In this document: in pieces, positions 27,621 through 39,808 of the stretch | How the letters are laid out: each line of letters begins with the position of its first letter | Position numbering within the stretch: position 1 is the stretch's first letter | Assembly (NCBI GenBank): GCA_964016885.1 | Contig: OZ024742.1 | Span: 306,962,001 to 307,026,000 of the forward strand | Source: Eledone cirrhosa | Lineage: Eukaryota | DNA length: 64,000 nt | Direction: 5' to 3' | Position numbers and translations under genes: made by a program | The notes under the pieces: generated by a model | What the model was told of the DNA's origin: nothing | The model's database searches: none | What the model saw: only the letters and a program-made list of their open reading frames with translations

Positions 27621-28356
27621 TCTGTGAGGGTGGTGAATGAGTTGTCTTGTTATATTTATTCCGATTTTCTGCATTTTGTGTTCTTGGGTGGTGGACTTAA
27701 TCCGTTGTCCCGTTTGAAACCAATGTCTTGTATTGCTGTTTATTTAGTTTGCTTTTTAATCACATTTAGAGGGGGTTTCTTCTACAAATTCCATGTGTTA
27801 CTTCAATTGCTCAAACTTTTTCATCTACTAAATTACATACATGAGGTCTTACCCTATATGTATTTCGTTTACAGAATACTCCCGTGAGATAATTTTACTC
27901 AATCATATTGGTTGGGGAAAATGCGCTGGACATAAACAGAAACAAGTTAAAATACCTAAAAACGTTAAAAATGGATTGAAGGAGCTGATAGTTCGTGAGA
28001 AATGAAAAGAGACAAATACGCAGAAATACAAATAGACGGAGAGCTATATAAGAAAACAAACAAGCAACTAGCTAGCCTGGTATTTAAAAAAAATTGGAAC
28101 ACTATAAGAAACAGAAGACAGGGAAAGAGAGAGCGGGGAGGGCTGGAGGGGGGATGTAAGTGGGGAATAGATAAGAACTGACATTAGATTGTATGGAATT
28201 CTAGCACAGTCAGTAAGTATTGGTTGTTCCGCTGGTGTTAAGGAAGGTGTTAATACAGCAGAAGCCATAGAGCTGCTAGTGCCAATCAAGCCATTGTAGT
28301 GAATTGAAAGACAAGAGTGGGGTGAATGGCCGAAGCTCATCTTATGGAAATTATTG

Positions 28357-28438
<82 letters not shown>

Positions 28439-28586
28439 TCTCCCTCTCTCTCTCGCTCTCTCCTTCTTAGCACTCTCTTCTTTCCTGCTCCTTCTTAACA
28501 CTTTCTTCTTTTTTCTCTCTCTCTCCTTTCTTTTTATCTTTCTGTCATTCTTTCTTTCTCTCGCGTCTTCACTCTTGTAAATATGA

Positions 28587-28646
<60 letters not shown>

Positions 28647-28824
28647 ATGTATATATATATATATATATATATATACGGGGTGGTAAGGATATATATGTGT
28701 GTGTGTTTGACTATGTATGTGAGTACACACGTACATACATACATGCATACTTACATAGAGGTAATTGATGCTTTATCAATCGATTGCTCATGTTGGGTTG
28801 TAACTCAGTATATCAGACAAGTGT

Positions 28825-28990
28825 AGGCGGTGAATTGGCAGAGTCGTTAGAACATTGGATAGAATCCTTTATGGTATTTGTTCCGGCTCTCTGCTCTCCG
28901 AGTTCAAATCCCATTTAGGTCAACTTTGCCTTTCATCATCCTTTTTGAGATCGATAATAAAAAGTACCAGTCTAGTACTGAGGTGGATTC
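28825..28990 (+). mobile_element. tRNA-SINE copy, 3' truncated
   Basis: ggcggtgaattggcagagtcgttaga..gagttcaaatcc..gcctttcatc..tcgataataaaaagtaccag. Confidence 0.75.
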
Positions 28991-29651
28991 TTCCTCTATA
29001 TATGTTTCTTATTTCCTCTCCCTCACTTTCTGTCTTTCTCTGGAAGAAATCTAATGTACTCAGGCCTGGAAAGGGCTGGGCTCCACCAGGCTTCAAATGC
29101 CACAGAAACGCCGTGTCAATACGGCGCCCCTACGATTCTATCAAGAGTTACGTGCCATACATACATACATGCATGTCAATAGAATATGTTCTGATTTCAA
29201 AACCAACACCGCCACTTGCTTCCATCCCTATGAGTAATTTACCCAGTTTTTTCAACTATTATCTATAGTGATTGACTGTTATTAAAGTTATTTTCTTGCA
29301 TTATGGAATCTCACATTTTCAAATTTAAACACACCCAGCATTTTGATAATACATAAGTTTTATTTACATACATTTATATTCAAATGACTATGATATGTTA
29401 ACATATATTATATAAGATGCATATCACAGCACTGTTTGAAAGAATACATGTGTGTGTGTAATAATATGGAAATGCAGAACATTTGAATAGATAAATGTGA
29501 ATAGATGTATGAGGTAAATCAAGGAGTTAGAGGGTCTATACAGATTTACGTAAAGGTTTTTGTGAATGCTTGTGTGAGAATGTGTTAAATATTGCGTGAG
29601 AATGTGTTAAATATTGCAATTCATATATATATATATACATATGTATATATG

Positions 29652-29715
<64 letters not shown>

Positions 29716-29921
29716 CACACACACACAAACAAACACAAATATATATATATATACAGACACACACCACACACACATATATATATATATATATGTTTGAATG
29801 TGTGTATGCATTTGTATTGTATCGATACACATACATAGCACCCACATATACATAAGTTAATACATACATACATACATATATGTATATATATATATATATA
29901 CGTTTGTGTGTGTATGTGTTC

Positions 29922-29987
<66 letters not shown>

Positions 29988-30381
29988 TGTGTGTATGTGT
30001 GTATTCATTCAGTTTGATCAAAATGAAATGAGGTAGGGAGTGTTGATGAGGGGATGGAGGTGAATCTGTAATTAAAAAGAGCATCCGCGGAAATGACGTT
30101 TTTTTTTTATCAGAGTTTTCTACTTGCTTCTTGATGATCAATTAAAAATTTACTTTATCTTCGTTATGTGATTAATTGAGTTTCACAACCCAACACAACA
30201 CAACGTAACTCAACCCCACACAACACAACATAACAACAGAACACAACACAATATTAGTGTTGCTGTCTTAGAAGCCTGACACCCTCCAGCACCAAACAAC
30301 AGACAAAATGGTAGATGTGTTGCGTTGAAATTGAAAATGATAACAACGATAAAGAATAACAACAATGATAATAATAATAAA

Positions 30382-30596
30382 GGTTTTTAATTTAGGCACA
30401 AGGCCAGCAATTGTGAGGGGAGAGGAAAGTCGATTAAATCGACCCAGTACGTAGCTGGTGCTTTATTTTATCGACGCCGTAAAAATGAAAGGCAAAATTA
30501 ACCTAGCAGGATTTGAACTCAGAACGTAATGGGCCGTAACTCTATACTACAAATCATAGTGTCCGATGCTCTACCGATACTGCCAATCCACCGCTC
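30382..30596 (-). mobile_element. Full-length tRNA-SINE between (AAT)n-like tracts
   Basis: Reverse complement: gcggtggattggcagtatcgg..gagttcaaatcc..ggccttgtgcctaaattaaaaacc-ttttattattatt; its 5' end abuts the (AAT)n at 30601-30640. Confidence 0.85.
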
Positions 30597-30605
30597 TCAA
30601 ATAAT

Positions 30606-30640
<35 letters not shown>

Positions 30641-30642
<2 letters not shown>

Positions 30643-32497
30643 CTTTCTTATTAACCACAAGGGTTTACATAAAGTAGACATTAAGGACAGTACAGGACAA
30701 TGCAGGACGGTACAAATGGACATTTCTGCGTGTAAAAAACAAAAACAGAGGATGTAACAAAAAATAACAATGAAAACTTCCCCAATACGGGGGAGACTTC
30801 CAAGGGACATTCGTGGAGAAAGCCCATTAAAAAGCCACAGTGACCCTGACTACCAAGGCAAGTGCCCTCTCCCAGTTTTCCACCTTTAATTTACAGACAC
30901 ATACTCAGAGTAGGCCCATTCACTCGGGCCATTCTTGCCTCTCTCACCCATCTTTCAACAAAATGCTTGGAAGAGAGCACTTCCCTCTCTACCCTGATTT
31001 TCCTTTTCAAGTGAAATTTGAATAGGTTAATCAGGGCATCACCGAAGGGGTAAGTGCTCGTCTTCAGCCCTTACAAACGTGTCCACCGTACTATCTCTTT
31101 CGCCATGGCCCCCAGACAGATAAAAACTGCCTGCCCTTCCCGGCTAAAGGAAGAGGGCGGAGCAATCATCACGATGGATTCAGCTGATAGCTGGATCCGC
31201 CCTACACGCGACAGCAGGTGTTCGACATAAACCCACAAGTCAGCAATGCTTAGGTGGGTTCCTTCACCACAAACGACACACTTAGGCCTTCTGCCCTCGA
31301 TGATTACGGTGAGGTGGCTGCCGTCAGTGGGGTATATTACCTCTGGGATCTCCTCAATGCTTTTTTGGTCCGCTTGGATCAGGAGCTCCATCCCAGATCC
31401 GGACCAGTTCTCCTGCTTTTCTTTCGCTATTTCGATTATCTTGGTGTTGGCCTCGATGCCGGCGAGGACGGCAGCCATTAGCCAGGGAATGTTGATGGCC
31501 GGTGGAACGTGGGTCACCCTAATCTTCACGAGTCTCTGGCCACAATAGCTTGGGACAAGTGTAAAGCCGTCACTTCTTAATGGGGCCATGGAGTGTTCTC
31601 TGTCCTCCTGTGGTGTTCCAAAGAACACCTCCACGGTTCCATATTTCGGCCCACGTCTGATGTGGGTTTTTTTTTGCCCACACATGTCCCAAAGCTTTGG
31701 ATTTGGGACTCGGATGCCCGTTCCACTCGGCGCAATTTTATGTTGATCGTCCGATAAGACACAGTGCATAGGCGCCGATGCTCCATTTTATTTGGTGGGG
31801 GGGGATGACCCTGTACCCATCTGTTTTTACCATTCTCTTGGCTTCATCTAATTCCTCCTGAGTTACCTGGATATTTTCGCATTTTTTGGCTGCCTTCACA
31901 AAGACACGATGTTATTCTCATTGTTGTTGTTGCTGTTGTTGTTATTGTTATTTTTGTTATTGTTATTTTTAGTTTCAGTTGTGGTGGTGGTGGTGGCTTC
32001 AGTGCTGTTCGGTGTGGAAGAGTCCATTCTTGGTGAATCCATTTCGATGTCACGAGATAATTTATTTTTTTCTTTTGTTTCTGTTGTCGCAGTGGTGGGG
32101 GTGGGGTGGCGGCTTCAACACCTGCAGTCATTGGTAATGGCGGGAAATGAATGTCTGCAGGAGACAAATTTAAATTATTGCTACTGCTTATATTTTTAGT
32201 GTTGGGAAACGTAGTAATATTTACAATAGTGGTGTCGGTCTGAGGTGTTAGTTTGTGAGGAAGGTGTGCCTGTGAGTCGTCCATGATTTTTCAAAAAAAT
32301 TTTTTGTTTGATAAATATAAAAGTTTAAATTTTGGGCTCAAGGCCCCAATCTTTTTGAGTGTCCTTTTCCGAAAGCAAATTTTGTGACCTTATAAACAGT
32401 TAACAACAAAGATTTTCCATAAATGGCAATTTTAAACAAACGAAAACAACAAACCTTTGCGGAGCTCACGATAATACGATTTCCTACGTAGGTCGCC
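30641..32497 (-). mobile_element. Tx1 element A: internally deleted (~4 kb) derivative of the element D family, both ends intact
   Basis: 5' end GGCGACCTACGT as in D and 3'UTR as in B/D; ORF1-ORF2 junction at 31249-31250; (AAT)n on both sides. Confidence 0.92.
31071..32284 (-). pseudogene. Disrupted ORF1 fused in frame to the ORF2 C-terminus
   Basis: ..GRRPKCVVCGEGTHL|SIADLWVYVEHLLSRVG..; frameshifts upstream and a premature stop at 31071. Confidence 0.8.
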
Positions 32498-32777
32498 AAT
32501 AATAATAATGATAATAATAATAATAATGATTTCTTTATTAACCACAAGGGTTTACATAAAGTAGACATTAAGGACAGTGCAGGACAATGCAGGACGGTAC
32601 AAATGGGCATTTCTGCGTGTAAAAAACAAAAACAGAGGATGTAACAAAAAATAACAATGAAAAATTCCCCAATAGGCGGCAGACTTCGGAGGGACATTTG
32701 TGGAGAAAGCCCAGTAAAAAGCCACAATGACCCTGACCACCAAGGCAAGTGCCCTCTCCCAGTTTTCCACCTTTAAT

Positions 32778-35442
32778 TTACAGATATATACTCAGAGTAG
32801 GCCCATTCACTCGGGCCATTCTTGCTTCTCTCACCCATCTTTCAACAAAATGCTGGGAAGAGAGCACTTCCCTCTCTACTCTGATTTTCCTTTTCAAATG
32901 AAATTTGAAAAAGTCAATCAGAGCATCACCGAAGAGGTAAGTGCTCGTCTTCAGCCCTTTCAAACGTGTCCACCATACTATCTCTTTCACCATGGCCACC
33001 AGGCAGATAAAAACTGCCTGCCCTTCCCGGCTAAAGGAGGAGGGCGGGGCAATCCTCACGATGAACTCGGATGATAGCCGGATCCGTCCTAAACGCGACA
33101 GCAGGTGTTCGACATAAACCCACAAGTCAGCAATTTTCGGACACTGGACGAGTGCGTGCAGGACGGTTTCGTCGCCCTGCGCGCATATCGGACATGCCCG
33201 GCTGACGGCACCTCCATGCCTATAGAGTTTATCCCGAACTGGCAAGGCTCCTCGGTAGCACTGCCAGGCCAGAGATTTCTGGAAGTTGTCCATAGGCCCT
33301 GGCCCGAAAGTTCTTCCGAAGAGATTGGCTAGTTGATTTTCGTCGACGCCTAGAGTTTCCCCAAGTACGTCGTCGCTCTTCCCCTCCACTAATCCTCTAT
33401 AGAACGCCGAGGTGGAGTTTCCACCGATCACATTGCCCGATTGGTCGAGGGCTGTGAGCGCCTGAAGACATTCCAGTCTCCAGGCGCTCCCTCTCGGTCT
33501 TCGCTTGACCCAGGACTGCAGCTCCGTCAAGGAAACGAGCTGGGGAAAAACGCGTCTAGCAAACGGCGGCCACACCTGATCACCGTCGAGGAAGAGGTGG
33601 AGATGTCGTAGCCTGAGCGCGTGCCTGCGCATCATCAGCCACGGCATGCCCAGCCCTCCACGTAGCGGGTGTTGACAACAGATGGACCGCCTGACCATCG
33701 GAGCACGTCCCTTCCACAAAAAGCGAAAGAGCAAACGCTCCAGCGCAGTCAGGCGAGGCTTAGGACAAGGTACGACGGTTAGGCGGTAGCAGATGACAGA
33801 CGCGATGTACGCGTTAGCCACCTCCGCTCGACCTTTCAGGGATAGCTTCCTCTCCGCCCATTTCTGGGTGAGAGAAGCCACCCTGCTCGTCACCTCGTCC
33901 CAGTTTTTATCCGTCTGGAGGTCCGGACCGAACCAGACCCCTAGCAATTTAACCGGTCCGTCCGTCCAGCGCCCGACGGCGCTGTTGGACGGCATGGACC
34001 TGCCTCTCCGGGTGCCGAGCTGCAGGCCCACTGACTTTTCCTGGTTGATCATTGCTCCTGTCACCGCTTCGTATTCTCTTAGTGTAGTGCCGATCGCCTC
34101 GATGTGTTTGGCGTTCGACACCACTACGGTGACATCGTCCGCATATGCTGACACGGATCTTCCGCATCCTAGTTCGCGCGGGACTCCCCTCAACGTCTCC
34201 AGTTTGTGCAGTAATGGCTCGAGAGTCAATACGTACAAGAGGGACGAGAGGGGACATCCTTGGCGGACCGAGCGCATGATGTTGAACGGTTCCGACAGGT
34301 GACCGTTCACTCTCACCACAGAGCAGATGTCGCTGTGCATGGCAGCGATCCAGCCTCTGAAGACGGGCCCAAAGCCAACCGCCCTCAGGACTGCCGCTAG
34401 GTAACGATGGTCGACCCTATCGAAAGCTTTCGACTGATCTAAATTGATTAAGGACCCACCCGTGCCAGGTTCCTTAGCTACCCTCTCAATGATGTATCGC
34501 ATGAGGTGGAGGTTGTCGTGGATGGATCTGTCGGGAATGGCGCATGTCTGCGCCTCTCCCACCAGACCACCAACGACAAGCGCCAACCTCTTTGCTAGCA
34601 CCTTGGCCAAAATCTTGAACTCTGTGTTTAGCAGAGTTATGGGCCGGAAATTGTCTATGTTATCCCCCTTGTTCGGATCCTTTCTCAGCAGTGCCACCGC
34701 TCCTCGGCTCACAGAACTGGGAATTCTCCCGTTCTGTTGCCAGTTGCAGTAGACGTCCGCCAAGAGGCCTCCGAACAAGTCTGGCATCTGTACGTAAAGT
34801 TCATAGGGCAGACCATCCAAACCAGGCGATTTACCCCTTGTGCAGCCAGTCATTGCCAGCCAGTCATTGCCTCCCAGTCCACATTGGCACATTCGGGAAA
34901 TCCAATCGGTACCTGTCAGACAGTTCAAAACGCCTGAGCAGGTTGGTGAGGCTCTTGCACCCTCCACCCCTATCCGCTAATCCCACACAGTCCCAGCGTG
35001 CATCTAAGATCCCGTTCCAGTCGCCCACTAACACTAAAGAGCGGGACGTTCCAAGAAAGGTCTCCAGACGCCGGAAGAAATCAGGCCGCCCTGCTCCTGT
35101 CGGGGCATAGACGGCCACTAGCCTGAAAGCTTGCCCGTCTCCGCTGGTCACGTCCAGCACCACCAGCTTACCCTCTGGGTCCAGGAAGATGACCCGTATG
35201 GCGAGATCCAAACCTCTCCGAAAAAGCACAGCAACTCCTCCACCCGATCCAGGACGGCTGGGAGATGCGTACACATCGTAGCCGCCGAAGATCGGTGCGA
35301 AGGCTCGTGCTTCGGAGATTCTGGTCTCGCTGATGGCCACTACATCTATGTTTAGTGACCTGAGGTCGTTGAGCAGGTGACCCTGCTTCCATGACGACCC
35401 CAAGCCACGCGCATTTATGCTGCCTATTCTGAGTGAGGTCAT
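32778..35442 (-). pseudogene. Tx1 ORF2 (APE endonuclease, RT, CCHC-like finger) with an internal deletion at ~34860
   Basis: SINARGL..SET..GDWN; FRPITLLN..DQSKAFDRV..RQGCPLS..AYADD; CPICAQGDETVLHALVQC. Confidence 0.92.
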
Positions 35443-35477
35443 GTTTAAAATAGAGTGGAAAAGATGGGAAAGACCAC

Positions 35478-37571
35478 TTACCGTACTTTTGGTAGAGGAG
35501 GGATGGTTTTTACATCCCTTTTCACTTGATCGTCTGGTGAAGGGACCGTTGAATCGTCCCTTCGGCTGGTCGTCGGCTCTTCTAAGAGAATGTCTGAATA
35601 TACTCTTCGATTGATGGTTCCTCCTAGGTCCCTGAAATCACCAACTGCGTTGGGGAATTTCGTTTTAATGTTTGTGTATTGTTTCTGTGCTATTTTTAGG
35701 AGTCTTATGTTAGTTGGCGTTTTGATTGGTGCTGGTATTATGTAGTCCTGTTGTGAAATGTCTGTGTGTTCAATTATGTAAGTCATTAGTTTCTTGTTGT
35801 GTGTGTTTATTGCCGTGCATTTGTTTTTCTGGGGGTGGGGTGTGGTTCTGCTATTTTCTTGTCGTTGTTGCTGGGTGTGTGTGTTTTGTTGTTGTGTTTG
35901 CGATGTTGGTGCTTGTGGTGGTGGTGTTGAAGGTGTTGTTGGCGGTGGGGTTGTCGCCGGTGGTGATGGTGGTGCTAGTGTGGGTGGTGATGGTGTTGGT
36001 GGTGTTGCTTCTGTGGGTCTCTTTGCAGTAGACTTTACCCTTTTCTCATTTCTTTCCTCCCTTTTCAAAGGCGACGATGCGCTGCTTCTGCGTTTGTGCC
36101 TTCTTACGACCTTTTGCCATCTCTCTCCCACCTCACACTCCATGTCTGATTCTGTGAGGTCGGGGAGGGGTACCAGCTCCACTCTTTCACTTGTTGTTGT
36201 TGGTGATGTTTGCACTGGAGTCTCTGTTGCAGCTGCATTTGGTATTGCTGTTGTTGTTGTTAATATTTCCACTGCTGCTGCTGTTTTTGATTTCCGTGGC
36301 GTGGGTATGGGTGCCACGGACCTAGCGTTCCTGGTTGCCGCTTGTCCTGTTGCTGGTAGCCGTGGAGCCGGTTTCAGAAGGAGGGGGGGTTCTCCTTTCT
36401 CAGGGTCTTCTCGTTGCAGAAGGCCCTGAGGTGAGTCTTCGATCCACAGCGAAAGCATTTCGGGCGTTTTCCCTCAACACTTATGGGCAGTTGAGTGCCG
36501 TTATCGAAGTCTATCACATCCGGGATAGCTTCGATGCACTCCTGGTTGGTTTGGATTAGCATCTCAATGGAGGTGCCGACCCAATCTTCTCTTACTTTTT
36601 TCTGTACTTGCAGTACAGTTGTTTTGTCCTCGATTCCGACGAGGACAGACGCGGCCAGCCAAGAAGGGGCCATCCCGGGGGGGGACGTGGGTCAGTTTGA
36701 CCCTCACAATTTTTTGCCCGCAGTAGGAGGGCACCAACACCATTTCCTCGCTCCTTAGGGTCACTACGGATTGGGCCTTTGCCTCCTGGGATGTGGCAAA
36801 AAGTACGTCTACGGTGGCATATTTTTTGCCTCGAGTGATGTGCGTTTTCCGCTGCCACACAGACCCCAAGGCTTTTTGTATTTGAGCCTCTGTGGCTCTT
36901 TCCACCCTACGGGATTTTGTACTTACTGTACGGTACGTGACCGTACAGTGCTGTTGGGTTTCGAAAACTTTTTCCGCTGCCTTGCAGATTGCTCGGTGTC
37001 CAGTCTTTGTCACCATCTTCTTCGCTTCCTCTAATTCCTCATTTGTTATGAGGATTGTTTCCAAGTTTTTCGCAATACCTGCAAATGAGATTGGTTTTTC
37101 TTTGCTGCTGTTGTTGTTGTCGTCAGATCTGCTGTTACTTTTGTTGTTGCTGCAGGTACTACGACTACTGCCTCCGCCGCTGTTGCTGTGGTTGTTGTTG
37201 GTGTTGCTGCTGCTAATGCTGTTGTTGTTTATGCTGCTGGTGATGCTGTTGCGGCTGCTACTGTTGTTTTCATTGTCACTGTTGCTGTTGTTATTACGGC
37301 TGCTACTGCTATTATTCCTGACGTCAGACGAATGAACTGGGTTTTCGTATTTCCCGCACACCTGTTTCGTCGCTGTCTTCGTCGTCGTGGAGAAACCTTG
37401 CACGCTTTGCACGAGACTTTTCTTTTCTTTCGTCGCTTGCGAAGGGAGGGAGAGAGACACATTTAAATAAGGGAGGGAGAGAGACAATCTTCTCTCTGCT
37501 GTAGTGCTGATTGAGGAAGAAGAAGACGGAATGAGTAGGAGTGACCTATGAAATTTCTTTTTCGTAGCCAT
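35478..37571 (-). pseudogene. Tx1 ORF1 type B (N/S-rich N-terminus, RRM-like core, CCHC knuckle), frameshifted
   Basis: CFRCGSKTHLRAFC knuckle; spread over ORFs 36564-37571, 36374-36673 and 35478-36458. Confidence 0.85.
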
Positions 37572-37811
37572 GTTGTTTTTTTTTTGTTTAAAATAAATAT
37601 TGGGTACAAAACCCCAATAAGCAGTTATTTAACCCCGAAGGGCCAAATAACGGGCAGAAAGACCCCTCTCACGAGGAGGAGGGTGTTTTTGTCTACAAGT
37701 TCGTTAAAGTTTTAAACAATTTACAATTGTCATAGTGTTCAAAATTTACAATACCTTACAGAGCCGAGCCTCCGTCAACCATAGCATTCAATAATAATAA
37801 TAATAATAATA

Positions 37812-39327
37812 ACGTGATAAGAGAACTTGATCAAGAAAAAACTTACAAATATCTAGGTGTTTGTGAAGGAGACGGAATCAAGCACTCGACAATGAGGGAA
37901 AGGATAAGGAAGGAATGTTACCGCAGAGTAAGAGCAATCTTAAGAACGGAATTGAATGCAAGGAATAGGATCGATGCCATAAACACGCTTGCCATACCAG
38001 TAGTAACCTACAGTTACAATGTCATCAACTGGTCAAGCACAGAGATCCGTAGGCTCGATACAAAAATTCGAAAATTCTTAACCATGCACAGAATGCATCA
38101 CCCTAAGGCAGATATAGATAGAATATATCTCCCTAGGAAAGAAGGAGGACGTGGGTTAATCCAGTTAGACATTGCGTTGAAAACTGCAACAATTGGATTA
38201 TCTACATATCTAAGGGAATCACATGATTGGATGATCAAGCTCGTTTTGAAACACGAAAGCATCAAAAGATCATATTCCATTACAAAAGATGCACAAAGAT
38301 ACAGTAATGGACTACAAATTTCAGAAGTCCCATTTACTGCTGAAATGGAAAACACAGAAAAAGCAAAGCAGGTAAAAGTAACTGCAAAGAAAGAACTGCT
38401 ACAGAAACTGGCTAAGAAATGGCAAGAAAAGCCTCTGTATGGAAAATACCCAGAGCGAGCTAACAATCCTGATGTTGACAAAACTTTAACCCATCAGTGG
38501 TTGGCATCCTCTGGACTGAAATCGGAGACCGAAGGACTGATTATATCGGCACAAGATCAGTGTCTGCCAACAAAAAATTACCAAGCCAACATAATAAAAA
38601 ATGGGTGCAGCCCATTATGCCGTGTATGCAAAAAACAACCAGAGACCATTGACCATATAATTTCAATGTGCAGTCCTATAGCTCCAACCGAAGACCTAAA
38701 CAGGTATGACAGAGCTGCACAATACATACATTGGATAATGTGTAAGCATTTTGACCTGCCCCATCAAAAGAATTGGTGGGAGCATCAACCACCTCCCATA
38801 CTTGAAAAAGATCACATCTCAATCTTGTGGAAGTTTAGCATCCAAACAGACCGAAAAATAGATGCAAATAGACCTGATATAATATTGAAGGACTTTCAAA
38901 AGAGGGTATGCCTGCTAATTGATATGTCTGTTCCAATAGACAAGAATGTATCTATAAAAACATTTGAAAAATTGAGCAAGTATAAGGATCTGGAGATAGA
39001 AATTGGAAAAATGTGGAAATTGAGAACTAAAACAATACCAGTGGTTGTAGGCGCTCTGGGAATGATACCTAAGGGGTCTAATGATTACTTATCGCAAATC
39101 CCAGGAAAACCGCGTATAGGAGAAATACAAAAGATACTACTAATGGGAACTGCCCATATAATAAGGAAGATTCTGTCAATATAAGTACATCACAAGTCTA
39201 AACACTAAAGATGCATGTGTGAATATGTATGTTCTTTCTTGAACATGGCGGACCTTGTTGTCTCTTGAGGTCACTGGTTGTGACTTGGTGATAACTCGTA
39301 TGAACATAAAGCAAGATAAATGCAACT

Positions 39328-39329
<2 letters not shown>
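37812..39329 (+). mobile_element. R4/Dong-like element C, 5'-truncated, with (AAT)n tail at 39330-39414
   Basis: Starts directly after (AAT)n; RT thumb + CCHC + RLE; short 3'UTR. Confidence 0.92.
37814..39184 (+). CDS. Partial RT C-terminus, zinc finger and restriction-like endonuclease (open frame, 5' truncated)
   Basis: YKYLG..LPRKEGGRGL..CRVCKKQPETIDHIISMC..NRPDIIL..LIDMSVP..KLSKYKDL..PVVVGALG. Confidence 0.88.
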   Translation: MIRELDQEKTYKYLGVCEGDGIKHSTMRERIRKECYRRVRAILRTELNARNRIDAINTLAIPVVTYSYNVINWSSTEIRRLDTKIRKFLTMHRMHHPKADIDRIYLPRKEGGRGLIQLDIALKTATIGLSTYLRESHDWMIKLVLKHESIKRSYSITKDAQRYSNGLQISEVPFTAEMENTEKAKQVKVTAKKELLQKLAKKWQEKPLYGKYPERANNPDVDKTLTHQWLASSGLKSETEGLIISAQDQCLPTKNYQANIIKNGCSPLCRVCKKQPETIDHIISMCSPIAPTEDLNRYDRAAQYIHWIMCKHFDLPHQKNWWEHQPPPILEKDHISILWKFSIQTDRKIDANRPDIILKDFQKRVCLLIDMSVPIDKNVSIKTFEKLSKYKDLEIEIGKMWKLRTKTIPVVVGALGMIPKGSNDYLSQIPGKPRIGEIQKILLMGTAHIIRKILSI

Positions 39330-39414
<85 letters not shown>

Positions 39415-39808
39415 GAAGGTCGAGAAATCGCTCCCGTAAGTTTTGATTTTTTAACATATTTAAATCAATTGTGAAATAACAATTCTTAGTACAAATGTTG
39501 CATAAAACATCCAGCTTGAGTCCCAAAAAATTCGGATCCACAATATATTGTTATATCGCTCAAATATTCCATTTTGTATTATACATTTTATATTCAAAAA
39601 GAAAATGGTTATAAATGGAAGAAAACCCCCTCTGTCTACACTATATAGAACAGCCAAATAACAGCAATTTCACCAACATCAGAAACTAGATACACCACCT
39701 ACCCCATCACCTCTCTGTGTACACTAAACACAACAGCCCGATAACGACAATTTCACCACCACCACCACCAATCTCAGCATAATAATAATAATTACTATTA
39801 CTATTGCC

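Larger units (their letters stand above)
32529..37789 (-). mobile_element. Tx1 element B: 5'-complete, distinct ORF1, ~0.77-kb deletion in ORF2
   Basis: (AAT)n at 32498-32528 and 37790-37812; ORF1 + APE-RT + 3'UTR. Confidence 0.93.
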
